A stretch of 64,000 nt of DNA from an uncultured Chloroflexia bacterium (GTDB lineage: Bacteria > Chloroflexota > UBA6077 > JACCZL01). Where the stretch lies: assembly GCA_963765765.1 (NCBI GenBank), contig CAVXYC010000016.1, forward strand, positions 14,151 to 78,150, given 5' to 3'. The notes beneath the pieces were generated by a model. The model saw only the letters and a list, made by a program, of their open reading frames with translations. It did no database searches and was not told where the DNA came from. Shown in pieces: positions 45,417 through 56,661 of this stretch. Every line of letters begins with the position of its first letter. Positions within the stretch are counted from its first letter, which is position 1. The position numbers were made by a program, and so were the translations under genes.

Positions 45417-46664
45417 ATGAGGGAACTACGTCGATCATTTGGCCTGGTGGCTTCGATTGTCCTGGCAGTCGTTGTAGCCGCTTGTAGTCAACCCAGTCCA
45501 GCGGCACCGGCTAAGGATTCAGCCCCAGCCGCGAAGGAAGCAGCACCGGCTCAGCCCGCGGCCAGCAAGGATGCGCCCGCGGCTAAGGATGCCCCGGCGG
45601 CGGCCAGCAATACTGGCACCGCAAAGGCTGATGAGATGCTGGCCGCGGCGAAGAAGGAGGGTTCGCTGACGCTTGTCACGCATACAAACCTCCTCTACCG
45701 CGAGGTAGTCAACAAGTTCAAAGAGAAGTATCCCGATATCCAAGTGGAGCACAACGCGATCCGTCCAAGCGAGTTCGCGCCGAAGGTCGTGACGGAGCAG
45801 CAGAACGGTCAGTTTGCGTACGATCTGTGGCTTTCTCCAACCAGCAACATGGTTGAAGTTGTAGTTCCCGCGGGCGGGTTCCAGTCTATGGCCTCTTACC
45901 TCCTTCCCGAGACACTGGATGCCAAGAACTGGCGCACAGGCAATCCGCTTTACGCGACCACCGACCCTCTCATCCTGCTCAACCGCGGTAACGTGGATGG
46001 CACGGTCTGGGTCAACCGCGACCTCCTTCCAGCGTCAGAGTTCAATAACACTGAGCAGATCATCGATCCGAAGTTCAAGGGCAAGATTCAGCTCCGAACG
46101 CCCAATGCTCCGCATGCGACAAGCCTGAACATGACCGGATGGCTCCACTCAAAGGGAGAGGACTTCGTCTGGAAAGTGATGAAGGATCAGGAGCCGATCT
46201 ACATCGACAATGCTCGATTGCTCACTCAGAACCTGATCAACGGGAAATATCCGCTGGCGGTTGGTATTGACGGCGCAACCCTCGACAACTGCATTACGTC
46301 CGGTGGCTGCAAGAACCTCGAGGAAGTTCGGGCTGGCGGAATGAAGTATCTTCTCGGCCAGGGCGTGGGCATGCTGAAGAATTCCCCGCACCCCAATGCC
46401 GGTGGCGTGTTCCTGAACTGGTTCTTCTCTAAGGAAGGGCAGGAAGCATTCGTCAACGGCATTACCGCGACTGAGCCGACGGGGAAGGACGCGCACTCCA
46501 TCAACCCGGCCATCGAACCGCACAAGGACGCGGTTGAGAATGGCATGGTTCCTGACTACACGAATCTCGCACAGTACAGCCTTCAAGGGATGGAGCAGGG
46601 TGCTGAGGAGATGCAGAAAGTTATCGAGCTCTACCGTAAGGTGGAGGCCGGCGAGAGCCGCTAA
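45417..46664 (+). CDS. ABC transporter substrate-binding lipoprotein (Fe3+/polyamine-like class)
   Basis: Lipobox VAAC, Ala/Pro linker, AAKKEGSL, DPKFKGKI, PHPNA..FLNWFFSKEGQ. Confidence 0.88.
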   Translation: MRELRRSFGLVASIVLAVVVAACSQPSPAAPAKDSAPAAKEAAPAQPAASKDAPAAKDAPAAASNTGTAKADEMLAAAKKEGSLTLVTHTNLLYREVVNKFKEKYPDIQVEHNAIRPSEFAPKVVTEQQNGQFAYDLWLSPTSNMVEVVVPAGGFQSMASYLLPETLDAKNWRTGNPLYATTDPLILLNRGNVDGTVWVNRDLLPASEFNNTEQIIDPKFKGKIQLRTPNAPHATSLNMTGWLHSKGEDFVWKVMKDQEPIYIDNARLLTQNLINGKYPLAVGIDGATLDNCITSGGCKNLEEVRAGGMKYLLGQGVGMLKNSPHPNAGGVFLNWFFSKEGQEAFVNGITATEPTGKDAHSINPAIEPHKDAVENGMVPDYTNLAQYSLQGMEQGAEEMQKVIELYRKVEAGESR

Positions 46665-46684
46665 GCGGCGGATCGCTGGATTCT

Positions 46685-46728
46685 GAACGGGCGCGGAGGG
46701 ATAATCGACCCCTCCGCGCCCGTTCTTT
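46685..46728 (+). terminator. Hairpin/intrinsic terminator after SBP gene
   Basis: GAACGGGCGCGGAGGG-loop-CCCTCCGCGCCCGTTC followed by TTT. Confidence 0.65.
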
Positions 46729-46826
46729 CATGTAGCGCGGTAGATTGAAGGGAGACCATTGGTGTCCGGAGGCCGTTCTCGCTCGCGCGGGCTCCTTGCG
46801 CGGCGAACGAATTTGTACTGGAGGCT

Positions 46827-48590
46827 ATGCCCGTGGCCAGTGATGCCGTAGCCGCGAAGCAGCCGGTTTCTTCAGCTCCTCCGCGCTTCCGAGTGGATGG
46901 ACTTACGATTCTCTACGTCATCTTGTTGACGTTCGTAGCGTTCATCGTGCTCTATCCCATCGTCCTTCTCGCGATCAACAGCTTCAACACGGCGCCATTC
47001 GGTCGCGGCTGGACCTGGGGCGTGCAAAATTGGCAGACGTCCCTTACTCAGCCGCGAATTGGAACCGCACTCTGGAATACGGTCACCCTATCAGTGACAC
47101 GCCAGGTGCTTTCCATCTTGATCGGTGTCACGATTGCCTGGCTTCTGGCGCGCACCAATCTGCCTGGGCGAGGTTGGTTGGAGATGGGCTTCTGGTTTGC
47201 GCTTCTGCTTCCCCATCTCCCGATCTTGATGGGCTGGATCCTTTTGCTCGACGGGCATTACGGCGTGCTGGTCAATGCGATCCGCGCGATTCCCGGCTTC
47301 TCAGGATTCCAGTTTGAGATCTTCTCCTGGTGGGGCATCGTGGTAGCCCACCTGGTCATCAATCTCATACCGCTCAAGGTTTTTTTGCTGACCCCGGCGT
47401 TTAGAAACATCGATGGAGCACTCGAGGAAGCGGCCAGGGCGCATGGCGCGAGTACAGTGCGCTCGCTCTTTCAGATCGTTTTCCCCCTGGTGACGCCCGC
47501 GATTCTGTTCACGGCGCTGCTCGGCATCATTCGCTCCATGCAATCGTTTGAGATCGAGCTCATTCTGGGCGGCGCGGCGGGCATAGATGTCTATAGCACG
47601 ATGATTTACCGCGAGATCCAGCAGTCACCGCCACGCTATGGCAGCGCCACAGCCTTAGCGATGATTGTGCTCATAGCCATGACGCCATTCATCTTCATGC
47701 AGCAAGGCTTCATTCAGAGGCGCAGTTACCAGACGGTGTCGGGGAAGTTCCAGGCGCGGCTCTACGACCTCGGTAAACTGCGTTGGCCACTCTTCGCCGT
47801 GGTTGCCGGCCTGCTCGCATTCATTCTGGTCCTCCCAACGGCATTCATGCTGCTCAGCAGCTTTATGAAGGTCTTCGGCGTGTTCAACATCCCGGAGCCC
47901 TGGACTATGGGCAACTGGACTCGGATTCTCTCTGACCCACTCCTACTCAAGGCAATTGGCAACACGCTCACGATAGGACTGGGGGCCACGTTCGTCTCGA
48001 TCACACTCTTTACGGTCATCGCCTACGTCTCCTTGCGATCAAAGTTCTTTGGGAGCCGACTCCTCGACTTCCTTACCTGGCTACCCAGCACGATCCCGGG
48101 AATCGTGACGAGCCTTGGACTTCTGTGGCTGTTTCTCAGCACCCCAATTTTCCGACCGCTCTACGGAACGATCTGGATTCTCATCATCGCCATGGGCATT
48201 GCTGGCATCACCATTGGCGTTCAGCTCATCAGAGCCAGTTTGATGCAGCTCGGGAATGAGCTCGAAGAGGCATCGTGGGCGGCCGGCGCGGGTTGGACGT
48301 TGACGATGCGTCGAGTTCTCATGCCGCTCATGGCGCCCACCATCGCCATTGTGGGGCTGCAAAGCTTTGCTGGGGCTGTGTCGGCCGTGTCGCTTATTGC
48401 ACTGCTCGGGTCGGCTTCAAACAAGCCGCTCTCGCTGCTTCAGCTCGAATACCTGGACACCGGGCTTTTCGAGCCAGCGTCTGCCATTGGCATTGTCATC
48501 TTTCTGATGGCCGTTGTTGCCGCGGTGGCTGCGCGGATGATTAGCAATCGCGTCGGTCTGGCGAGGTTCGGGAGTAGCACTGGGCGGTAA
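46827..48590 (+). CDS. ABC transporter permease, FbpB-like (two fused TM domains)
   Basis: Two EAA motifs (LEEAARAHGA, LEEASWAAGA), many TM helices. Confidence 0.9.
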   Translation: MPVASDAVAAKQPVSSAPPRFRVDGLTILYVILLTFVAFIVLYPIVLLAINSFNTAPFGRGWTWGVQNWQTSLTQPRIGTALWNTVTLSVTRQVLSILIGVTIAWLLARTNLPGRGWLEMGFWFALLLPHLPILMGWILLLDGHYGVLVNAIRAIPGFSGFQFEIFSWWGIVVAHLVINLIPLKVFLLTPAFRNIDGALEEAARAHGASTVRSLFQIVFPLVTPAILFTALLGIIRSMQSFEIELILGGAAGIDVYSTMIYREIQQSPPRYGSATALAMIVLIAMTPFIFMQQGFIQRRSYQTVSGKFQARLYDLGKLRWPLFAVVAGLLAFILVLPTAFMLLSSFMKVFGVFNIPEPWTMGNWTRILSDPLLLKAIGNTLTIGLGATFVSITLFTVIAYVSLRSKFFGSRLLDFLTWLPSTIPGIVTSLGLLWLFLSTPIFRPLYGTIWILIIAMGIAGITIGVQLIRASLMQLGNELEEASWAAGAGWTLTMRRVLMPLMAPTIAIVGLQSFAGAVSAVSLIALLGSASNKPLSLLQLEYLDTGLFEPASAIGIVIFLMAVVAAVAARMISNRVGLARFGSSTGR

Positions 48591-48618
48591 CAGGAAGCAG
48601 GAGTCGCTCGCGCACTGA

Positions 48619-48770
48619 GAGGAACCCGACACCGGCTCCCTCCCCGCTGCGGCAGGGAGGGAGCCGGTGTAGCCGAAATTTCCTGGCTCAGAACCCGCCC
48701 CCAAACTAGAAATCCTTATCGTCCGGCTCCCTCCCTGCCGCAGCGGGGAAGGGCTGGGGTGGGGTTCCTC
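48619..48770. repeat. CCCTCCCC...GGGAGGGAG repeat cluster
   Basis: CCGGCTCCCTCCCCGCTGCGGCAGGGAGGGAGCCGG plus inverted copy; nearly identical to 35906-36014. Confidence 0.8.
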
Positions 48771-48807
48771 CGCCCCTATCACCTGGACTATTTATGGAGG
48801 CTTTCCA

Positions 48808-49674
48808 ATGAAATTCAACATCAGCTTCCCGCAGGACAACGCCATGGCCGATCCTGGCGCCGTGCGGGAGTTCGCGCAGATGGTTGACGAGAGTGGCTTC
48901 GATCACCTCACCGTCTCAGACCATGTGCTCGGCGCCAATCCCGCCAGCCGACCGAACTGGACGGGGCGGTACACGGTGGATGACCCGTTCCGCGAACCAA
49001 TGGTGATGTTGGGGTTCATGGCCGCGTGCACGTCGCGTGTACGGCTTGGAACGTCGATCGTCATCCTGCCTCAGCGCCAGACCGCGCTCGTTGCCAAGCA
49101 GATGGCCGAGATCGATATTCTCAGCAATGGACGGGCAATGCTCGGCGTTGGTGTGGGCTGGAACGAGCTGGAGTTCGTGGGCTTGAACGAGGACTTCCAC
49201 ACTCGCGGTCGACGCATGGAGGAGCAGCTTGCTGTGATGCGCGCGCTCTGGACTGAGCGATCCACGACCTTCAGAGGCGAGTTCCATACGATTGATGATG
49301 CCGGCCTCAATACGATGCCGGTACAACGACCGATTCCCGTCTGGATGGGCGGCGCGGCTCCCCGTGTGATGAAGCGCATCGCGCAGCTTGCCGATGGCTG
49401 GCTGCCGAGCAGCGCCAGCGTGGCTGATTTCAACGCACAATACGAGCAGTTCAAGGGGCTGGTCCAGGAAGCCGGGCGGGACATCAATAGCATCGCGGTT
49501 GTGCCTCGGATGACGCTGAAGCGCGGCGCCGAATCCACCTGGCCGGAGCTTGTGGATGGGTGGCGCTCAACTGGCGCCACTCATCTCGGCGTGAGCACCA
49601 ATAACAGCGACGCGGACTCAGCCGACGAGCACATCTCACTGGCGAGGGCGTTTGCCGAGAGCGTGATGCGGTAA
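48808..49674 (+). CDS. LLM-class, probably F420-dependent, oxidoreductase
   Basis: DHVLG, ILPQRQTALVAKQ, LGVGVGWN..EF, PVQRPIPVWMGG. Confidence 0.9.
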   Translation: MKFNISFPQDNAMADPGAVREFAQMVDESGFDHLTVSDHVLGANPASRPNWTGRYTVDDPFREPMVMLGFMAACTSRVRLGTSIVILPQRQTALVAKQMAEIDILSNGRAMLGVGVGWNELEFVGLNEDFHTRGRRMEEQLAVMRALWTERSTTFRGEFHTIDDAGLNTMPVQRPIPVWMGGAAPRVMKRIAQLADGWLPSSASVADFNAQYEQFKGLVQEAGRDINSIAVVPRMTLKRGAESTWPELVDGWRSTGATHLGVSTNNSDADSADEHISLARAFAESVMR

Positions 49675-49701
49675 CTGCTAGCAGTTCGGGAATCCATGGT
49701 T

Positions 49702-49801
49702 CCCTCACCCTAACCGTCTCCCAAAGGACGAGGGAATAGCGTCGACGATCTCGGGCTTGATCCAGTTCCCTCGCCCTATTGGGAGAGGGTTAGGGTGAGG
49801 G
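49702..49801. repeat. CCCTCACCCTAACC repeat doublet
   Basis: CCCTCACCCTAACC.TCTCCCAA ... TTGGGAGAGGGTTAGGGTGAGGG. Confidence 0.75.
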
Positions 49802-49803
49802 GC

Positions 49804-50951
49804 CTACGAACTCGTTGTCTCTACGACCTGCACCACCCGCTTCTCCTTCAGGTGCCGCTCCGCTTCAGCGAAGTAGTCGCGCACGTCTCCCTGCGATCGT
49901 ATCCAGCTCAAGTAGCGCTCGATTCCATCGCTGATCTCTACGGTCGGCTCATAGCCGACGGATCGTATGCGAGTGATGTCGGAGATCAGATGCCGCATCT
50001 CACCCGGTCGGAATTCACCGGGGATCGATGGCTCGATGTTGATCCCCAACCCGTCCGAGACCATACGGGCGATTTCGCGGATCGTGGTCGCATGCCCGCT
50101 GCCTACGTTGACAGGTTGTCCGTCCAGCACGTCCGAGCTGGCGGCGAGCAGATTAGCTCGGGCGATGTCGTCGACGAAGCACAAATCGCGTGATTGCGCG
50201 CCATCTTCGTAGAGCACCGGCGCCTGGCCGCTCAGGAGGCGCGTGGCGAAGATCGCAATGACTCCCGTGTACGGATTGAAGATCGATTGGCGTGGACCAT
50301 AGGTGCACGAGTAGCGAAGAGCCACGGTTGGGATTCCGGTTTGATTTCCCCAGGCCAGCACCGTTTTCTCCTGGTCCACCTTGGTAATCGCGTAGACGGT
50401 TTCCCCGCCCACTGGCATCCTCTCCGGGGTGGGAGCCGGCATGGTGATGCCGTCGCAACAAGGGCAGTGCACGTGAAAATCACCGCGGCGGAATTGATCT
50501 ACCGGCCGTACCGGCGGAAAGACCAGGCCGTGCTCGGGACACCTGGCGGCACCCTCGCTATAAACGGCCTGAGATGAGGCGACGAGTACTTTCTTCACCG
50601 GCAGTCGATCGTCGCGGATGATCTCCAGCATCTGTGCCGTGCCGAAACTATTGACGTGAAAGTACTTGCCCATCTCGGGCATGTAGCCGCCATACGCAGC
50701 TTCGTGGAAGACAAAGTCGATTCCCTGGAGTGCCGCGCGAACCGTCTCCGCATCGCGGATATCACCCTGGACGAGCTCAGCTTGATCGTTGACCCAACCG
50801 GGCTTGCCAAGTCGGTGCGTCTGAGGCTCGAAATTGTCCAGAATGCGCACGCGCCAGCCGTCTTCAATAAGGAGATCGACGATGTGCGAGCCGATCAGCC
50901 CCGCTCCCCGGTGACGAGCGCCGCGGGCCGAGATCCGGCGTGGGGAATCAT
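49804..50951 (-). CDS. NAD-dependent epimerase/dehydratase (N-terminal frameshifts)
   Basis: LVTG..GLIGSH, ASSQAVY, YAITK, NPYTGV, RPGEMRH; ATG overlaps upstream stop (TGATG). Confidence 0.88.
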
Positions 50952-51652
50952 CAAACGCGCCCCATTACAGGCGTCGCAGCTAGTGCAGTTAGGGCCGACT
51001 TCGTGAACGGCAGGTCGGAACGTGACCGAACAGCGTCGATCAGGTACCCGAGATCGTCCTCACAGTCCACGTCAAACGTCGGTTCCATCAGGGCCAAAGA
51101 TACGCCCTGAAGATCCGCCAGGCAGACGATGTCGCGAAGCACAGTGTTCGTGCTCATGGGGATGCAGCGCAAGACGTCTCGCCAGATGCGCATGCCGATG
51201 AGATAGTATCCGCCATCGAAAGTCGGCCCTAGCACCACGTCGTGATCGTCCAGCGTGTCGAACGCATCGTCGATCATCTCTTTTGTGATCTGGGGTGAGT
51301 CTGAAGCAATCAGCAGAGTACGCCCTTCACCGCGGCTCTCCATCGTTTGAAAGAGCCAGCGTTGTCGATCGGTCCAATTGCCGGGCGGCTGCGTGATGAC
51401 TCTCGGTGCGCTTGACTGCTGATCCAACAGTACGCCCAGTTCCAGCCAGGCGTCGGCAGGCGTGACATACCAGCCCAGCTCATAGTGGCTGCTGTGCAGG
51501 TTGGCTGAGAGATCCCGCAGAAACGCTTGGTAGAGGGAAATCGCGGCGGACTCACCGACACTCAATGCAAGTCTCGTCTTGGCGAGTCCCGGCCTGGGTG
51601 CTTTCGCGGCCGCATACAGCGTTCGCCGCGGTAGAGTCGCGGTAGGGCTCAT
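50951..51652 (-). CDS. DUF2064/TIGR04282-type GT-A fold (CofC-like) transferase
   Basis: AKAPRPGLAKTRL, LIASDSP, VLGPTFDGGYYLIG, FDVDCEDDL; ATGA overlap with upstream gene. Confidence 0.88.
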   Translation of the reverse strand: MSPTATLPRRTLYAAAKAPRPGLAKTRLALSVGESAAISLYQAFLRDLSANLHSSHYELGWYVTPADAWLELGVLLDQQSSAPRVITQPPGNWTDRQRWLFQTMESRGEGRTLLIASDSPQITKEMIDDAFDTLDDHDVVLGPTFDGGYYLIGMRIWRDVLRCIPMSTNTVLRDIVCLADLQGVSLALMEPTFDVDCEDDLGYLIDAVRSRSDLPFTKSALTALAATPVMGRV

Positions 51653-54600
51653 GAGCCAATCTCCGCACTGGAGCCTTCCACTCGCTCGGTCACCTCCGCT
51701 TTTCCGGGCACGCGCAACGTAACCGAGCGCGCGATCGGGTTGCCAGTGATCCGCAGTCTGGCGCCATCCCATGCGAGGGAGGTGCCGTCGTACAGGGTGA
51801 ATCCAGCGCTACCGGCACCACCGGGAGCAATGCGCACGATCAGGTCATGCTGGTATGACCGAACACCCGGTGCGGTGGTTGGAGCAAAGGTGTCCACGTC
51901 GGGAGCCAGTGGAATAATGGCGCCGGCGCGAATGAACGCCGGTGCGCCGGCCGCCATCCAGCGGGGCAGGCACCGTAATATCACGCTCGCCCTCGTATAT
52001 TTGATCCGTCCAGAAATCAGACCCACGAGCCGCTCGGGAGATATAGCGTACGGGTCGTGGCACCCGCCTCCACCACGGGCGCTACGAGGATGTCCCGACC
52101 GAAGAAGTAGCTCTGTTCCACTTCCCACGCTCGTGGGTCGTCCAGCGCCTCCAGCGGCAAGTAGCGCATGAGCGGCAGGCCGGTGCGAGTTGACTCAGCT
52201 ACGGTGCTATAGATGTAGGGAATCAGGCTGTTGTGTATCCGAGCGGCATCGCGAAAAGCCGTCCGGTTCGTCTCGTCCAACCACAAATCCATGGGCGCCA
52301 GCGGATAGTCGCCATACTGGTCACGCAGTGTGCTGCTCCACGTGCCGAGCTGCAGCCATCGCATCCAGAGCTCGCGCTCCTGCTCACTCGGTAGGCCCAC
52401 CTGCACGTAGCCGCCCACTTCGGGGTGCCAGTACGGGAAGCCGCTCAGGCCAAAGGACAGAGCGGCTGGTATGAGCGAGCGTAAACCGGACGGCGCCTCC
52501 CATTGCATGGTGGGATCACCCGGCCATTGCAGACTCTGGTACTTCTGCGCTCCGGCCGCGCCACTACGGGCGAACAGCAGGAAGTCTCCATTGGGTCGAA
52601 TAGCCGAGGCGTGCTGCCAGGCGTGTTGTGCGTAGAGTAGTGGGTAGCGATTGTGCGCCTGCTCACCGCTGCTGCCATCAGCCATCACGGCGCTGGGCGG
52701 TAGAATCTCACCCACGTCCAGCATGCCGCCGTCATAGCCAAGATCACCCAGTGCTCGCTGCCATAGGCCGCCCCACCAGTCCACCGCGGCGGTATTGGTG
52801 AAGTCCAGCCAGGTGACCGGAAATCGTTGGTGCTGCAGCAGATCTCCATTGGGCCCTTTCACCAGGAATCCGCGCTCGGCGGGCACCTCCCAGCCAGGCC
52901 GGTCCAGATGGAAATCTGCTTTGAAATAGGTAAGCGCCTTGTAGCCGAGCTGGTGCAGTCTGTCGGTGAACCCGACGTGATCGGGATATGGACCCGCAGC
53001 TCGCCCCGCGTAGTTGACGTAAGGCCAGCCGATATTGGCTTGGTAGTCCACGGAGTCATACGCGTATACCGCTGATACAGGGATCTGCATCTCGCGCAGC
53101 CGCTGCATCTCATCTAGCACGTGACCCTGCCCGCCCGTACTGGTCTTGATCACACCAAATGCCCAGATCGGAGGGCGTGGCGGCAATCCGGTCAGCGCGG
53201 CGTGCTGCTGCACCAGCTCCTTCAAGTTGCCGCCGTAGCTGACCACCAGGTCAGCCTGACCGGACTGCTGCTCCCATGCCCAGCGATCGGGGCGCGTCGC
53301 CGCGAGATCAAATCGGGCGCGTTCGCTTCGCTCCAGCAGCAGACTGTGTCCGCGGCTCGAGAGCAGCAGCGGAATCGGCGCGTAGGTGCTCTCGCCGTGT
53401 TGGCGCGAGGATCCGATCGTCGGCCCAGACGTCGACCAGCTTGCCGCGCTGATTCACGCCCGTGAATCGCTCGCCGAAGCCGACGAAGCGCTCGTCCGAG
53501 GGAGCGACCATGCTGCCTCCGACGCGCTGAAGTGGGGCCGGACCCGACGGGCTCACACTAATGCGCGCTGATCGCAAGTTCACCGAATGAAGGTCGACAT
53601 TGATAGTGCGGCCTGTAGGGTCGTCCGTTGCCGCGATCAGTCGCGTGCCGCCGTCAGGCAGCGGCTCAATCGCACGTAGACGTTGCGCGCGTCGCCAGAA
53701 GCCATCGGCTGATTGGAACCCGATCGGCTCACCGGGCGCCTCTTCCCACAGCGCCGATCTCGATGGACTGAGGAGGCGCATGCGCCACGGATCAGGGGAC
53801 ACTTCAAGTGAGAGCTCTCCCAGCGCGATGCGCCGCGGCTCGGGCTGATCGACGGACGCCGACCAGCTAACAAATTGGCGCAGCGGGACGCCTGGCACAT
53901 CGATTGTCACGACCTCACCGGCCTGCCATTGCTCTGGCGGATACCACCAGAGGCCGGCAAGATCACTTGTGGCCAACGTTGTGCCGTCACTCAACTGCAC
54001 ACGAACGGTGGGCGAGACCCAATCGGGTAGTTGCCCATGTGCCCGCCAAGTCGTTCGAAGGCGGCCGCGTGGACCGTCCGGCTCAACTGCACCGTCAGGG
54101 CTTGGAATGAGCTGTCCCGATACCAGCTCCAGCGTTCCGCCGAGGTACGACTCCAGCGCTGGATTTTGAGCGCTGGTAGCGTCGCGGACAAAGGAGAAGA
54201 ACTCTTCAGGAATGCAGCGTGCCGCGGTGCAGGCGGCTGCACCTTCCGCTTCTCGTCGCAGAAGGATCACTCCGTCGCGGGCCGTCTCAATGGACCACTG
54301 GCCGCTCTCGAGCATGGAGCTGACACGGAGATAGACATCACCGGCGCTCGTGGGGGCTGGACTAGATGCTACGTCGATTAGTGCGTAGTCAGCGTCCTCG
54401 ATTGCGGGAAACACGTAGATAGCGGCACGTTGGCTCACATGTGGATAGAGCGACGCCGTTGCGGTGACTCGCGCGTCCGCGGGAATGCCTGCCGCGATGG
54501 CACGTGCCGTCACGCCATGCGAAGTAACTTCTGCCGGGGAATAGTTCGCGGCAAGCGGGCCGGCGCCCGACTCTATGTACGCGAACGTGGAAGTGGCCAT

Positions 54601-55774
54601 CAATCCCGCGGCTGCGGCCCCAGGAAGGAAGCGGAGCGATGCACGAGCATTGTTCGAGGTCAGGCGCGTGAGGAGACCCAACCCGCTGGCGGCTCCGATG
54701 ACAAGGAACGGCAGCATAAGAGCCGAGTAGTGTGCCCTGCCGGCGGACATCCACGGGGAGCTGGAGAAGACGTTCATCGCGAGCAGGGGAAGTGCAGGAG
54801 CCAGACTGAGCGGCGCCAGCACACCCAACCAGCCGCCGCTGAGCACGATGGTCTGCAGATACTCCGTTACGGGAGCTTGCCGCAGCGCCTCGAAAGCTGA
54901 GGATGGTCCGCCAAATAGCGACGCGTAGCGGACGACGAACGGCGATGCCGCGCCGCCCCCGTAAACGCGCATGATGGCCAGGTCGACCCCCGCCCAGAGG
55001 ATTCCCAATGCAGCCAACAGCATGCCGGAGACGCCATCGTCCCGAGAGCGCGACCACGAAGCCCAGCCCCGCCGCAGCGATTGCCGCGTCTTCACGCGCG
55101 CTTGCTGCCAGCATCGCCGCGCCCAGGGCCATCAGGATTTGGCCGGCGACAAATCGCTCCGCGGCAAGCATCAGCAGAGGCGCAGCCAATGCTGTGGTAT
55201 GGAAATCGGACAACACGGCCCATTGTCCAAGGGGCGAGAGCAGCCACGTGGCCGCGATAGCGAGTCCTGCGAGCGAGCTTCCCGTCAGACGCCTGGCAAG
55301 TCGATGTGCCGGAATGGCACCCAACGCAAAGATCACTGACTGGATGACCAGAAGATGCTCTGGGCCTCCTCCCAGTGCGTAGACGGGAGTGAAGAGCACG
55401 AGCATGGGCTCAACGTGAAACGCATTGAGTGAATTGGGCGATCGGATCTTGCTGATGTCAAGCTCGGTGTTCCAGGATGCGCCCTGATACACCGTCATCT
55501 CGAACCATCGACCATGGAGCATGTTCCAAATCACCTGATCTGTGAACCCGAGGTCCTCAGCGTGCGTGCCCAGCGCCTGATGCCGCGTGAGCGCCAGATT
55601 CGTGAAAGCCACGCACCAGATTCCGATGGCGGCTAGCAGCACGGAAGCGGCCCAGTAGCGGGTGATGCTTAGCGAGTGAAGGGACGTACGGGACCGTGCG
55701 TCGGCCGCTTCGCCAACCTGGGGTTGGTGCATTTCCCCGACGCCCAGAACGCGTCGAAGTGAACTGGCACTCAC
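51649..55774 (-). CDS. Fusion: DUF2079-like membrane domain + GH31 glycoside hydrolase (about 1375 aa, several frameshifts)
   Basis: EDLGFTDQVIWN, HVEP, DFH, RED, HYSA, IP..A.V.A...PH.SQR (DUF2079-like); FVGFGERF, PPIWAFG, LDFTN, GGMLDVGE, WPGD, DILVAPV (GH31). The junction lies within one uninterrupted ORF (53308-55095). Confidence 0.75.
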
Positions 55775-56502
55775 CCCGCGATTGCCTGATGAGACTCCGC
55801 CATCGGCGGACGCCACTGTGCGTACTTGAACGCACAGGAAGTCAACTTCCAAGCAGCGCCAGCGGAGCCCCGAAAGGTGCCCGAGACCTTCGAGCGCCCC
55901 CCTAAACGGGCACGGTAGGAGATGGACACGTCACTGATGCGAAGTTTCAGACGTATCGTCTTGACCAGCATTTCCGTGGTCCAGCCGTAGGTCATCTCCG
56001 ACATGTGAAGTTGATGAAGCGTGTCAATTCTCAGTGCCTTGAACGATGGCAAATCAGGGAGTCGTTGTCCCGTCATAGTTTGAAGCGCACCGAGCACCAG
56101 CCTGTTGCCGAGGCGAGCGTGAATGGGCAAAGCGTCCGGGCTTGAGCGCATGTCGCGAACACCCAGCGACAAGTCCGCGCTACCGGAGATCAGCGGCGCG
56201 AGGACTGATGGAAGCGCTCCGGGCGGGTCGGAATAGTCGCCATCAAGAAATGCGACGATCTCCACCCCGAGCTCCGCGGCACGTTGCGCCCCTGCCCAGC
56301 ACGCTGCGCCGTAGCCGATGGCGTTATCGTCGACGACTTCAGCGCCGTGTTCACGAGCAATACGATCAGTTCCGTCGGTCGAATGGCCGCATACGACAAT
56401 GGTCCGCTGCACAATCCCACGAGGCACTTCATCTAGGACGGGGCCGATGCAATCGGACTCGTTCCAGGCTGGAATGACCAACGCTACAACAGGATCTGAC
56501 AC
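55771..56502 (-). CDS. GT2 glycosyltransferase (polyprenol-phosphate glycosyltransferase-like)
   Basis: IPAWNE, STDGT, GYGAAC, FLDGDYSD, TYGWTTEM, R.GGRSKVSGT. Confidence 0.9.
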   Translation of the reverse strand: MSDPVVALVIPAWNESDCIGPVLDEVPRGIVQRTIVVCGHSTDGTDRIAREHGAEVVDDNAIGYGAACWAGAQRAAELGVEIVAFLDGDYSDPPGALPSVLAPLISGSADLSLGVRDMRSSPDALPIHARLGNRLVLGALQTMTGQRLPDLPSFKALRIDTLHQLHMSEMTYGWTTEMLVKTIRLKLRISDVSISYRARLGGRSKVSGTFRGSAGAAWKLTSCAFKYAQWRPPMAESHQAIAG

Positions 56503-56661
56503 CCCGCCATACTAGTAGAGCCTGCGCAGCGAAGGCTAACGAAGGTGAACGACACGGTCCGCAAATCAACTCTGCGCGGAGGATTCGCAGGGGAGCTAGC
56601 GACGATAATCTCACCGTATGCATCTAGCAGAGTTAGCTCACATCCCCGAAACAGATAGGGA

